DNA of 64,000 bases from a virus. Lineage: Duplodnaviria > Caudoviricetes. The stretch spans positions 1 through 64,000 of the IMG/VR virus record IMGVR_UViG_2791355120_000002, one strand, 5' to 3'. Positions 43,874 to 53,159 of this stretch are shown here, piece after piece; position 1 is the first letter of the stretch; the number at the start of each line of letters is the position of its first letter. The notes beneath the pieces are model-generated. The model was not told the DNA's origin and searched no databases. It was given only the letters and a program-made list of their open reading frames with translations. Position numbers and translations under genes: made by a program.

Positions 43874-44260
43874 TTAGTCCTGCGAGATGTCGAGTTCGCC
43901 GATCGGGAAGTCCAGCGTGTCGCCATTGTTGATGGCGATCGGAATGATGTCGTCCCAGGACAGCAGATTGCCGCCCGTTGCCGCGTCGAAGATGCCGACG
44001 TGGGTAATGGTGCCGAAGTTGCCGCCGACTGCCGTGAAGCTCACCACGCCCGTGTTCGAGACGACGCCACCTGAGGCAGCCGTGGCCATGGGAATGGCTT
44101 GCCGCGCGTAGCCGTTGCCCGCAACCTCGGTGCCGCCACCGGCATCCGTGGGCGCTGCGGTGTAGAGCGCCAGGTAGACCGCTGCGGGCGGCGTGAATGC
44201 CTGGCCACGGAAGAAGACATCCAGAATTTTGTTTTCGAGGTAGTCAGAAAATCCAGCCAT
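43874..44260 (-). CDS. Minor tail/fibre protein
   Basis: SDYLENKILD...YLALYTAAP...YARQ...FDAATGGNLL. Confidence 0.8.
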   Translation of the reverse strand: MAGFSDYLENKILDVFFRGQAFTPPAAVYLALYTAAPTDAGGGTEVAGNGYARQAIPMATAASGGVVSNTGVVSFTAVGGNFGTITHVGIFDAATGGNLLSWDDIIPIAINNGDTLDFPIGELDISQD

Positions 44261-44281
44261 CGTTTCGATCCTTGGGAGTGA

Positions 44282-46843
44282 TTAGCGGAAGCCGGCATCG
44301 AAGCCGGCATCGAAGCCGCGTGCGGCTATCGCGCGCAGCGAACCGACGCCGGCAAACGCTGCCGAACGCCTGATCGTCTTGGTGTAGTTGGCCGACGTGG
44401 CGCCCGAGCCGGTGAAGGTGACTGACGAGATGCGCCTGACGGTGTAGCCGGCAGCCATGCCACCAGCACCCATGAACAAGGCGCTGCTCGATAGGCGCTC
44501 ACGCTTCGACGCGGCGGCCATCATGCTGCCGGCGCCCACGAAGCTGGCCGTCGTGAAGAAGCGCGTGATCAGCTTCGCCATAAGCTCGTAGGCTTGCAGC
44601 GATTCGTTGCCGTCCTTCTCGGCGACAACCGAGATCAGGACGCGTTTCTGCCCTGCCACGTCGGTCAGCGGAATGACCTTCGAAGTGCCAGTGAGCCCCG
44701 CGTAGGTTTGCAGCGGCGTGCCGTCGAGCATCGACACAACGACCTTGGAGGTTTGCCCCGCCTCCCCTGCCACGTCGGCATCGGTCCACTTCATCGCCTG
44801 CGTGGACTCGAGTATGCGGTTGCGGTTCGCCCACGTGACGGTGAGTTCGGTTGCCTCGTTCGCGTCCACGTCGCCGAAGCCAACGCCGTTGACCTTCACG
44901 TCGGCCGGTCGGTTGGGCAGGTAAGGGCGCTCGCTCAGCGTCACGTTGACCTGCGGCGCGCTTGCCAGTGGGAGCACGCCGCCTGTGGTCCGCGTCAAAA
45001 TCCAATAGGGCGTATCTTCGAAGGCCGAGCGGATGGTCGGGTCAACCACCAAGGTCGACGGCGGGATCACGAAGGCGCGGGTGCCGATCGGCCAGGCGCG
45101 CGGGATCGTGTCGAGCATACCGCGATTGAGATGGAAGCCATCTTCGTCCACGGCCTGCACCGTGGCGATCTCGGTGTACTCATCCGGGCCGGTGCCGATT
45201 AGAACGAAGTCGCCGGACACTGGCTCGGAACCGCGCAGGCCGGGCAGCGTCGAGACCGTGGTCTGCGCTTCGGCGACGAGCGGCGTTAGGAAGGCCCATG
45301 TGCCGCGATATGCGCTTGTGCCGAGGACCGATTGCGAGGGCGTGCCGTTCACATCGGTGACGTTCGACACTAGGTCGTAGTTCACGTCGTCGTCGCTGTC
45401 AGCGCCTACGGTCACGGCGCTGAGCACTTCGGGGTAGACCAGTTCGGACGGATCGGTGAGTTGGAGCGCTGCGGCCGTCATGAACGCCGGCGCGGTGCCC
45501 AACTGGTAATAGGTTGCCGGCGTGGGTGGCTGCGACGGGTTCTGCCACTGCGAGCCGCCCGGCGTCAGGTAGCTCGCCTGGTCGAGACCGAAGATGTCCT
45601 CGTAGAGCGACAGTTCGACGGTGTGATCCGTGAGGTTCACTTCCGAGACGCGGAAGATGATCTGATCAATGTTCCGCTCGGGCCAGGAGAGCTTGACCAC
45701 GTTGCTGGCGGTGGTTTTCCAGAACTCCCGCGTCACCGTCGCTTGCAAGGTGGCGATCGGGGCCACCATCATGGCCAGGTCGCGGTCAGCCAGTTTGATG
45801 GCCAGTGCCTCATGCGACACGCCATAGTAGTTCTGCGAGGTAGAAACGATGCCGCCCTGAGCCGCGATGCCGGCCAGGTCTTGTGAGGTTACAGTCGCTT
45901 CCTTGCCGGTCTCGGCATTGGTGTAGGTGACGACGACTTCGTTCGAGATTTCGCCCCACGTCTTGCGCTTGAAGGACGACAGCTTGGCGTTGCTCGGATT
46001 GATCTCGGGCAGCACGTCGAAATCATAGTCGGCGCGCAGCAGCTTCATCGTGTGCTTGCCGGTCGACGGATTGACGAACACAGCCGATTGAATGTGCGTG
46101 CTGATCTCGCCGATGAACTTTCCGACTTCGGTCTGCCGCATCCACAACATGGTCAGGCCAAAGCCTTCATCGTAGAGCGTCTGCGCGGAAGCTTCGAACG
46201 AAGCCTTGTCGATCGCGCTGGTCGGCTCACCCAAGCCCCAATCCGTGTTGGTGAGGCATTCGTAGGTCATGTGGCCGGGGTTCGAGGCGTACTGCGCGTT
46301 GCCGTTCGAATCGTCGGGAATGCGGATGAGCGCTATGGCGGGATTGAGCCCGATCGACGGGCGCCGCACGCGCGCCGACAGGGTGCGCAGATACGGATTG
46401 TTGGCGCCGAGGTAGAAGCCAGCCTTGTTGTTGCCAGGATTGCCCATGAGGCCGGCGAGAATGCCGCTGGACCACCACGGCGGATTGCTCGGCTCGGCAG
46501 CTTCCTTAGTGCCGGTGAGAAAGAAGCTCGACAGTCCACGGAAGCCAGGGCAGGTGGCGCTGGTGAGCCCGAGGCGCTTTGCCAGTGTTTCCGGCATCGA
46601 CTGGTCGGACTTGCCCGGCAGCCACCAGAGCAGGCCCTTGACGCCGCCTTCCTTCTTGATGCCGCCGAACAGATCAGGCTTGTTGATCGAAAAGACGCCC
46701 TGGTCCGCAGCCTCGCCGCGCCAGATTTCCTTGTCGCCGTAATTGAGCGCGATTAGCTGAAGCCCATCGCCGGCCGCGCAGATGCCCACATGCAGGGACA
46801 TCGAATATTCGTGAACTTCTACCTTTCCGCCAGATTTACCCAT
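44282..46843 (-). CDS. Tail tip / central tail hub protein
   Basis: LFGG.KKEGG, NP.H..YE.LTN..WG, RGMLDT.P and W..RNR motifs. Confidence 0.85.
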   Translation of the reverse strand: MGKSGGKVEVHEYSMSLHVGICAAGDGLQLIALNYGDKEIWRGEAADQGVFSINKPDLFGGIKKEGGVKGLLWWLPGKSDQSMPETLAKRLGLTSATCPGFRGLSSFFLTGTKEAAEPSNPPWWSSGILAGLMGNPGNNKAGFYLGANNPYLRTLSARVRRPSIGLNPAIALIRIPDDSNGNAQYASNPGHMTYECLTNTDWGLGEPTSAIDKASFEASAQTLYDEGFGLTMLWMRQTEVGKFIGEISTHIQSAVFVNPSTGKHTMKLLRADYDFDVLPEINPSNAKLSSFKRKTWGEISNEVVVTYTNAETGKEATVTSQDLAGIAAQGGIVSTSQNYYGVSHEALAIKLADRDLAMMVAPIATLQATVTREFWKTTASNVVKLSWPERNIDQIIFRVSEVNLTDHTVELSLYEDIFGLDQASYLTPGGSQWQNPSQPPTPATYYQLGTAPAFMTAAALQLTDPSELVYPEVLSAVTVGADSDDDVNYDLVSNVTDVNGTPSQSVLGTSAYRGTWAFLTPLVAEAQTTVSTLPGLRGSEPVSGDFVLIGTGPDEYTEIATVQAVDEDGFHLNRGMLDTIPRAWPIGTRAFVIPPSTLVVDPTIRSAFEDTPYWILTRTTGGVLPLASAPQVNVTLSERPYLPNRPADVKVNGVGFGDVDANEATELTVTWANRNRILESTQAMKWTDADVAGEAGQTSKVVVSMLDGTPLQTYAGLTGTSKVIPLTDVAGQKRVLISVVAEKDGNESLQAYELMAKLITRFFTTASFVGAGSMMAAASKRERLSSSALFMGAGGMAAGYTVRRISSVTFTGSGATSANYTKTIRRSAAFAGVGSLRAIAARGFDAGFDAGFR

Positions 46844-47048
46844 TGGCGGCGTCCCTGGCCTTGATCATCGCGACTGCGCGATCAACCTGTGCATCGAGCC
46901 CATAGCCGCGCAGTTCGGAAGCCTTTGCGCCCTCCTTGATGAACCTGGCGAAGTCCAAGCCAGCCTCGTCCATGTGCTTCTTGACGCCCTTCACGCAGTA
47001 GAGGACGCGCAGATCGGCGATCGTCAGATGCGGATCGTCGGCGCTCAC
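46836..47048 (-). CDS. Small tail assembly protein
   Basis: YC..G.....GLDF..F...G pattern, by position. Confidence 0.7.
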   Translation of the reverse strand: MSADDPHLTIADLRVLYCVKGVKKHMDEAGLDFARFIKEGAKASELRGYGLDAQVDRAVAMIKARDAANG

Positions 47049-47287
47049 GCGTCGACCTCCCGCGTCGTCGTTGCCTTGTCGCCGAACCAGAGGATGTTGA
47101 GGCCGTTTATGATCGGCTCTCCGAACGGCACCGGAATGGGACGGCCGCCCTCGGCGGTTGGGTTGTCCATGTCGGTGACTTCCTCAGACTTCGTGCTCTT
47201 GGGCTTGGGCATCAGCAGATAGCCGAGCGCCTGCAGCCCGACGCCGATGATGAGATTGATCAGCAGTGGGAGCAGGAAGAACGGCAT
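47045..47287 (-). CDS. Small tail assembly protein
   Basis: PTAEGGRPIPVPFG...NILWFGD. Confidence 0.75.
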   Translation of the reverse strand: MPFFLLPLLINLIIGVGLQALGYLLMPKPKSTKSEEVTDMDNPTAEGGRPIPVPFGEPIINGLNILWFGDKATTTREVDA

Positions 47288-47319
47288 AGGTCCACTAATC
47301 GCACGTTTTTAAGGGTTTG

Positions 47320-47334
47320 TCACGTTAAACGTGA
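47320..47334. promoter_or_regulatory. Consensus operator palindrome inside the late operon
   Basis: TCACGTTAAACGTGA. Confidence 0.7.
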
Positions 47335-47337
47335 TTA

Positions 47338-48243
47338 TCAATAAAACTGGTTCTTCTGCGAGAGGGGATTTTCCAGCGGTATCCACGGCTGGCCACCGTA
47401 GTTCTTGATGTTTGGGCCGCCCGCCACGCTGTCGGTGTGCTGGTTGCAGCCGGTCATCAGGTGATTGCAGCCCCGGATCACCGACAGCGGCGTCCCTGCG
47501 GCCAGGCCGCGAGCAATGCCACGGATGGTGATTTCGAGGCCATCAGCGCGCACGGACGAGATCGTGCGAAGCTCCTTCCGGCCGTTGTCCGAGTTCGCCC
47601 ATTGCAGCAGACCGCCGACGTAGCGGCTCGCAGTGTCGCCGAGTGTCGTGTCGAGCGTGATCTTGTTGCGGGTGACGGAGGCCACCTGGCGCGCCACGGT
47701 CGCGGCAGCCTTGCTCGCCCGACACTGGTCGCCGAACAGAACGTGGGGACAGCCAACCTGGTAGTTCCGCCGCAGGCCCGGCCGCTTGATTGAAGTCGAG
47801 ACCGGGACGCAGGACAGTTCCTGCTCGTTCGAATCGTTGTCCGCGCTCGACGTGATGCGGCCCATCCAGATCGCCGGGAAGTTTTCCTCGGTCACGTCGT
47901 CGCCGATATGCCCCTCGAAGATCGTCAGGTTGACCACCTGCGAAGGCGGATAGGCGAGGAACAGATCATCCATCTCCGAGCCAAACGCCATGGTGATGGT
48001 GATGTCGGACTTGTCGAGCGTGCCGTCGTGCGAGATGTTGCTGTTCTTGATGGGCCACGGATCAAACTGAATGTTGACCGGATTGCCGTTCGCATCGAGC
48101 ACCGGGCGCGTGATCGGCGCCTCGCCATTGTTGTAGGCGAACGGGCCGAGCGGCACATCGTCATCCGTGTCCGCGCCTTGGATCAGGTAGAGCCTGATCG
48201 GCTGCCCACGGTAGCGACTGGACTCGCGTGTATCCATGCTCAT
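47338..48243 (-). CDS. DUF2163/BR0599-family tail protein
   Basis: YQ.GCPH.LFG.QC, GC.H...C and NYGGQPWIP motifs. Confidence 0.85.
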   Translation of the reverse strand: MSMDTRESSRYRGQPIRLYLIQGADTDDDVPLGPFAYNNGEAPITRPVLDANGNPVNIQFDPWPIKNSNISHDGTLDKSDITITMAFGSEMDDLFLAYPPSQVVNLTIFEGHIGDDVTEENFPAIWMGRITSSADNDSNEQELSCVPVSTSIKRPGLRRNYQVGCPHVLFGDQCRASKAAATVARQVASVTRNKITLDTTLGDTASRYVGGLLQWANSDNGRKELRTISSVRADGLEITIRGIARGLAAGTPLSVIRGCNHLMTGCNQHTDSVAGGPNIKNYGGQPWIPLENPLSQKNQFY

Positions 48244-48255
48244 TGAGATGTTCCT

Positions 48256-49875
48256 TTAGAGGCTGTCAGGGATGCCGAAGACGTAGTATCGGAGGCCGAG
48301 CGCCGTTGCTTGATGCATAGAGCCATCCCAATATCGATTATAAGTTGTTCCCCCTGCATTATCCGCAGTTTGCGGATTTGCTCCGGATAGATAGAAATCA
48401 ACCGCGCTTTCGTCGGAATGAACCATCGCCCAAGTACTGTCGGCACTCGCGCGGCCGGTCCAACCGGCAGCGTCGGTGAATACCTTGTGATAGTTCCAGC
48501 GGCAGGAAAGCGGGCTTGTCCTACTATCGTAAACGACGCCTTGTTTTACGAATAGCTTTAGCGATGGCGACGGGTTATTTACCATCACCGTTGCCATTCT
48601 TTCGCCTTTGAACTTATTAGGCGACGCAACGACGGTTGGGAAATCACTTGTCCAATTCAAAAATCCTTCCGCAAGAATCGGCAAATATGCCAAGCGAGTA
48701 TCAACGATGATGTCGTTGAGATTTGGCGCAACATCGGACGAACCGGGACGCTTGATTTGAATGAAATCGTGTATCCCGTCGTTACCCTTGAGCAACACTT
48801 TCTTTCCGCCCGTCGTATGTACGTCTTCGCTATCCGCAAAGATAACATATCGAATAGTAAGCGCCGTGGCTTTCTGGTTCGTTATTGTGACCTTCTGGTT
48901 AGCAACGTCGATGAAATATACGAATTTCAATGACTTATCGGAGGCGATACTGTCATAATACGGCGGGTTCCAAAATTCGGTATCGGTCTGCCGTTTGATC
49001 ATAAAGTCCATGTAAGTGAGCGGTGTAATCGGCAACGGACAGTGAATGTCCGCTGTGCCGGATGCTGCTACGGTAATGTCCCCCGCCGCCATGATCTTGG
49101 CGGGAATTTTGTCTTCATGAAAAATGAAATGGTCCGGATTACTATCGGCGACCGTGCGGCCGGGCAGCGCGAGACGCGCCGTTGTTGGGGCGATTAGCAA
49201 TACCTCCTGTCCACTTACGGGAGACGTGGAAAAATCAGGCAATGCGTCGTCGCGCGCCGGCAATTGTAGGACCGATGTTTGATAACGAACGGTAGTGCCG
49301 AATTGTCTTGTCGGTTGTACGTAAAACTCCCGCGAACCATTGGAACCGTACAAGTTGGAATCAATATACGCGGTCATCATGCTTCTAAATCCGGAGAAGC
49401 TTTCGACAAAGCCGTTTGAAGTTGCAAAACTGTCGTAATTAACAATCGCTCCGGTGTATGTATTTGCGGCTAGAGCAGGATCGATAAACCGCCATTCCAT
49501 AATCGGCATGTAGCCAAACGGAAACCATCCTTCCGGGATGTATTTAGTTTGCGTCCCGCTTCCGCCGGTAAGATAAATAATCATCGCTTTACACGTCGTT
49601 CCGATATTGGACGCCGTATACGGATGATCCCAATCCCCCTCCGTTGTGAAAAACCAATAGTTTGTATTCCAGCCGCCGCCCGACGCGTAGCGGCTGTCAT
49701 AGCTTCCCTTTTCGCCGATATCATAGACGTAACTGAGCTTGGTCCCGCTCAGACTGTCGAGCTTCATCTTGCCGGGATTCGATGCCGGCTCAGTACGGAG
49801 ATCGGTCGCGTTGTTAAATGCTACCCTCAGCGCAGGAACGTTGCCCGCCGTCAGACCGAAACCAAGCTTTGGCAT
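48256..49875 (-). CDS. Tail-associated protein, lower GC, candidate receptor-binding protein
   Basis: ATG (MPKLGFG) coupled to the upstream stop; visibly AT-richer codons. Confidence 0.7.
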   Translation of the reverse strand: MPKLGFGLTAGNVPALRVAFNNATDLRTEPASNPGKMKLDSLSGTKLSYVYDIGEKGSYDSRYASGGGWNTNYWFFTTEGDWDHPYTASNIGTTCKAMIIYLTGGSGTQTKYIPEGWFPFGYMPIMEWRFIDPALAANTYTGAIVNYDSFATSNGFVESFSGFRSMMTAYIDSNLYGSNGSREFYVQPTRQFGTTVRYQTSVLQLPARDDALPDFSTSPVSGQEVLLIAPTTARLALPGRTVADSNPDHFIFHEDKIPAKIMAAGDITVAASGTADIHCPLPITPLTYMDFMIKRQTDTEFWNPPYYDSIASDKSLKFVYFIDVANQKVTITNQKATALTIRYVIFADSEDVHTTGGKKVLLKGNDGIHDFIQIKRPGSSDVAPNLNDIIVDTRLAYLPILAEGFLNWTSDFPTVVASPNKFKGERMATVMVNNPSPSLKLFVKQGVVYDSRTSPLSCRWNYHKVFTDAAGWTGRASADSTWAMVHSDESAVDFYLSGANPQTADNAGGTTYNRYWDGSMHQATALGLRYYVFGIPDSL

Positions 49876-51800
49876 CAGGGCACCGAGATCGAGATGAAGC
49901 CGTTGGTCAGGTCTATGACCATGGAGCCCGAGGCGTTTTGCATCAGGCCTGCCGTCACGGTGCCGAGATTGGCATTGATAGCCGACAGGCTCGCGACGTT
50001 GAGCATGGTCGCGGTGATGGAACCGGCGATCAGGATGCTCGTGCGGAAGGACGTGATGTCTGCCTGAGTGGCGGTGATCGAGCCCGTCTTGATCTGCGAA
50101 CCGTCGATGATCGTGCGGCCGTAGTCGTTGACCAGATCGATGCCGCCTTTGTAGGTGGCCAGCACGACCCGATCGGACTGGAAGGCGGTAGCCACCGTGG
50201 CAGAAGCAGCGAGCGTCGTGCTGCCCTTCACATAGTAGACGTAGAGCGTTCCGGTCGACCAGGTGGCGTTGCCGGCTGTGATGTTGAAGGTGGCAATATT
50301 GCCATCGTCGCCGATGTACTTGATCGTGCCAGCGGTCCACGAGACCTTGTTGGTGGTCGGGCTGTTCGCCTGGAACTCAAGCCCCTCAAGCGTGATGCCG
50401 CGCTGGCCGAACACAGCCTTCTCGGCAGTAATCGAGCCCGTGGCGATCGAGGCACCGTTGATGGACGTGCCATCGCCGGCAATCCAGTTGAACAGCGTCG
50501 TGCCGCCCGAGATGCTGATCTGGCCGGGCACGATCTTGGTGGTGCCTGCGTTGACGGCAGCGGCCGGGTTATCGAGGCTGAAATTGCCGTAGCTGCCCGC
50601 AACCACGATGTCGCCTGTCATGATGCTGCCGGCGATGAGCTTCGAGGCGTCGAGATCGACGATATGCGCGTCCTCGATCACCGCCGACGCGATCTGAGCG
50701 GCGCCTGTGATGACGGCCGCATTGGTGACAAGCTGGTTGGCGCCGATCGTCTGCGCGAGGATCAGGCCGCCATCCATGAAGGCCTTGCCTTCGACAAGCT
50801 GGAAGTCGTTGCCGCCTTTGTAGATGCCGAGGATCACGGAGTCGGCCGCGTAGAGCGCTGTCAGCGACGCGGTGGTGGTGATCTCCGTGTCGCCTGGCGT
50901 GTAGCGGACGTAGATCGTGCCAGCGGTCCAATCGACCTGGCCGGCCGGCAGCGCCTGAAGCGTGGGCACGTCGCCGGCAACACCGTAGCTGATCTGCCCT
51001 GCGGTCCAAGTCAAGCGGTTGCCGCTATCCTGTCCCGGCTGGAAGGTGATGCCGATCAGCGCGACCTTGATCTCGCCACGTATTTTGCCGGTCTCGGCGT
51101 TAGTCTCGGTCGACCAGGGCGATACGTTGCCCGAGGTATCGACGGCGCGCACCCAAAAATACAGGTGGGTTTCCATGTCGAGACCGGCGCGAACGAAGTT
51201 GTTGGCGAGTGTCGCGTGCGACGGCGTTGCCGTTTCGAGTGGCGTTGTGTCGCTCGCGCTCTCGTAAATCTCGTAACGCGCCAGATCGGCCTCGGTGTTC
51301 GCCGTCCAACTGATCCAGATGGACTCGAGTCCCGCCTTTGATGTGATCCCGATCGGCATGGCAGGCGGGATCGTGTCGCGCGCCGTGGTGTGCGTGACCA
51401 CAGCCGAATAGACGGATGCATTGCCGCTCTTGTCCACGGCGCGCAGCTTGGCGCTGTAGGTGACATTGGGCTTGGCGGCGGTAGCGTAGGTCTCGGCGGC
51501 GGTCTGGAAACCAACCCAATCGCCACTGCCCTCCTTCACCTGAAGGTCATAGTAGAGGAAATCTTCCTCGCCGTTGAAGTCCCATGTGATCGTGAGGTAG
51601 GTCTGACCGTCCACCACGTTCGAGGACAGCAAGAGGCCACTCGGCACCGCAGGCGGATCGTGGTCGAACATCGCTGCGATTTCTTCCGGGCTCACCGAGC
51701 CCAAGGTGCCCGCAGCCGCGCCCGCGATGAGCAGGTTCAACTTCTCCCTGACGCTCAGGCCAGCTTCGCCGTTCTCGATTGGTGGGATGGTGACTGGCAT
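49875..51800 (-). CDS. Tail fibre/host-specificity protein with FN3 domains
   Basis: Two RAVD.SGN.S FN3 repeats; C-terminal LSAINANLGTVTAG. Confidence 0.8.
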   Translation of the reverse strand: MPVTIPPIENGEAGLSVREKLNLLIAGAAAGTLGSVSPEEIAAMFDHDPPAVPSGLLLSSNVVDGQTYLTITWDFNGEEDFLYYDLQVKEGSGDWVGFQTAAETYATAAKPNVTYSAKLRAVDKSGNASVYSAVVTHTTARDTIPPAMPIGITSKAGLESIWISWTANTEADLARYEIYESASDTTPLETATPSHATLANNFVRAGLDMETHLYFWVRAVDTSGNVSPWSTETNAETGKIRGEIKVALIGITFQPGQDSGNRLTWTAGQISYGVAGDVPTLQALPAGQVDWTAGTIYVRYTPGDTEITTTASLTALYAADSVILGIYKGGNDFQLVEGKAFMDGGLILAQTIGANQLVTNAAVITGAAQIASAVIEDAHIVDLDASKLIAGSIMTGDIVVAGSYGNFSLDNPAAAVNAGTTKIVPGQISISGGTTLFNWIAGDGTSINGASIATGSITAEKAVFGQRGITLEGLEFQANSPTTNKVSWTAGTIKYIGDDGNIATFNITAGNATWSTGTLYVYYVKGSTTLAASATVATAFQSDRVVLATYKGGIDLVNDYGRTIIDGSQIKTGSITATQADITSFRTSILIAGSITATMLNVASLSAINANLGTVTAGLMQNASGSMVIDLTNGFISISVP

Positions 51801-51803
51801 CGG

Positions 51804-53105
51804 TCAGTCCTCCCACGCCGAGCCGTCCTGCCACTGGCCGGTGTCGCGCCAGTGGCCGGTCGCCAGAATCCAGTTGTTGCCGAAGCTTTCCTCAGCAGCC
51901 AGGTTGGCGAGCGTCGTGAAGGACATGGCGATGTTGGCCACGCCGTTCGTCACCCAATTGATCGTGAAGGTGTCGCTCGCGAAGCGGGCAACAAACATCC
52001 ACGAGATAAGCTCGATCTCATCTGCGGTCGCACCGATCGGCGTCTCGGTGGCAATCAGCGTGTCGCCGCTGTCGATCTGCCAAGCGCTGATCTCGTGCGG
52101 GATGAGCGTGCCGTCCTTTTTGCGGATCAGGATCGACTGGTGCGCGGGATCAGCTTGGTAGGCGTCGTAGAAGTCGGTGCCGGCGAACCGGATGTTCGAA
52201 CCCGACATGCTCTTGATCGCCGGGAAGTCGTTGCCCCACGTCGGCACGTAGATTTCGCCTGCGCGACCGCGAGCACGAAGGAAGACATCGAGCATCGCCA
52301 TCGCATCGGCGTGGCTCATGGCCATGTAGGTCGCGGTCAGCGTGCGCGATACCAGCGGGACAGGCGTGAAGGTCTTAGTGACGCCTCGGTCATAATCAAC
52401 CGTCTCGAAGCCCATGTTGAAGGCCATCTGCGGCTGCTGCACGTAGTTGGGCTTCCGCAGCAGCACATAGCGGCCATAGAACAGGCCGGCCGGCCCGAAG
52501 ATTTGCGTCGTTTCGCCGGTCGGGCCGTCGTCGAAGGGCAGCGGATCAGCTTCGCGAACAACGGTGCCAGGCTCGACTTCGAGCTTTAGCGACGACGTGG
52601 CGACAGCGGTGGTGTAGATCGAGAGCGTGGTCGCCTTGCCAAGACACGCGGGCAACAGCGGCAGCAGCGTTGCCCCCTGCCCCACGGCGCCGACAACGCC
52701 ACTGGTCAGCACGACCTGGTTGCCGGAAACGAAGTCGATCGTGATCTTGCGCGACTTGCGGCCGGTCAGCAGCACGCAGGACATGCTGCCAGTCAGCCAT
52801 GCGGGGACGCGATCAACGGTCAGCACCGTGCCGCCATCGGCGACGGTCTGTGTCAAGATCGCGCTGTCAGCCGAGAAGTCGCCGATCGTTACCTTGCCGT
52901 CGCGCGCCAGGTGCAGCGCGTCGTTGAAGCTGCGCAGCCGGTCGCCGTCGAGCAGAATAGCCGCCTCGATCGTGCGTCGCGGGTTGACGCGTTCGCCCCG
53001 ACGCTGTTCCGTGCCATTGCGGCTCGTGAACACGTTGGTCTTGAACTCGTAGGTGTCGCGGACACCGTTCTGCCAATTGGGGACGATGGGAAGAAAAACG
53101 GCCAT
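51804..53105 (-). CDS. Distal tail protein
   Basis: PNW...V...YEFKT....GTEQR...PRR; follows the tape measure gene. Confidence 0.75.
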   Translation of the reverse strand: MAVFLPIVPNWQNGVRDTYEFKTNVFTSRNGTEQRRGERVNPRRTIEAAILLDGDRLRSFNDALHLARDGKVTIGDFSADSAILTQTVADGGTVLTVDRVPAWLTGSMSCVLLTGRKSRKITIDFVSGNQVVLTSGVVGAVGQGATLLPLLPACLGKATTLSIYTTAVATSSLKLEVEPGTVVREADPLPFDDGPTGETTQIFGPAGLFYGRYVLLRKPNYVQQPQMAFNMGFETVDYDRGVTKTFTPVPLVSRTLTATYMAMSHADAMAMLDVFLRARGRAGEIYVPTWGNDFPAIKSMSGSNIRFAGTDFYDAYQADPAHQSILIRKKDGTLIPHEISAWQIDSGDTLIATETPIGATADEIELISWMFVARFASDTFTINWVTNGVANIAMSFTTLANLAAEESFGNNWILATGHWRDTGQWQDGSAWED

Positions 53106-53159
53106 GTTGCCCTTCACGTATTGGCGTGAATCTACCGTTTAACGTGATTTTGTGCAACG

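Noticed and set aside
48256-50340. 694-aa ORF as listed in the track
   Set aside because: Its first 155 codons overlap the fibre gene out of frame; the real start is probably the ATG at 49875.
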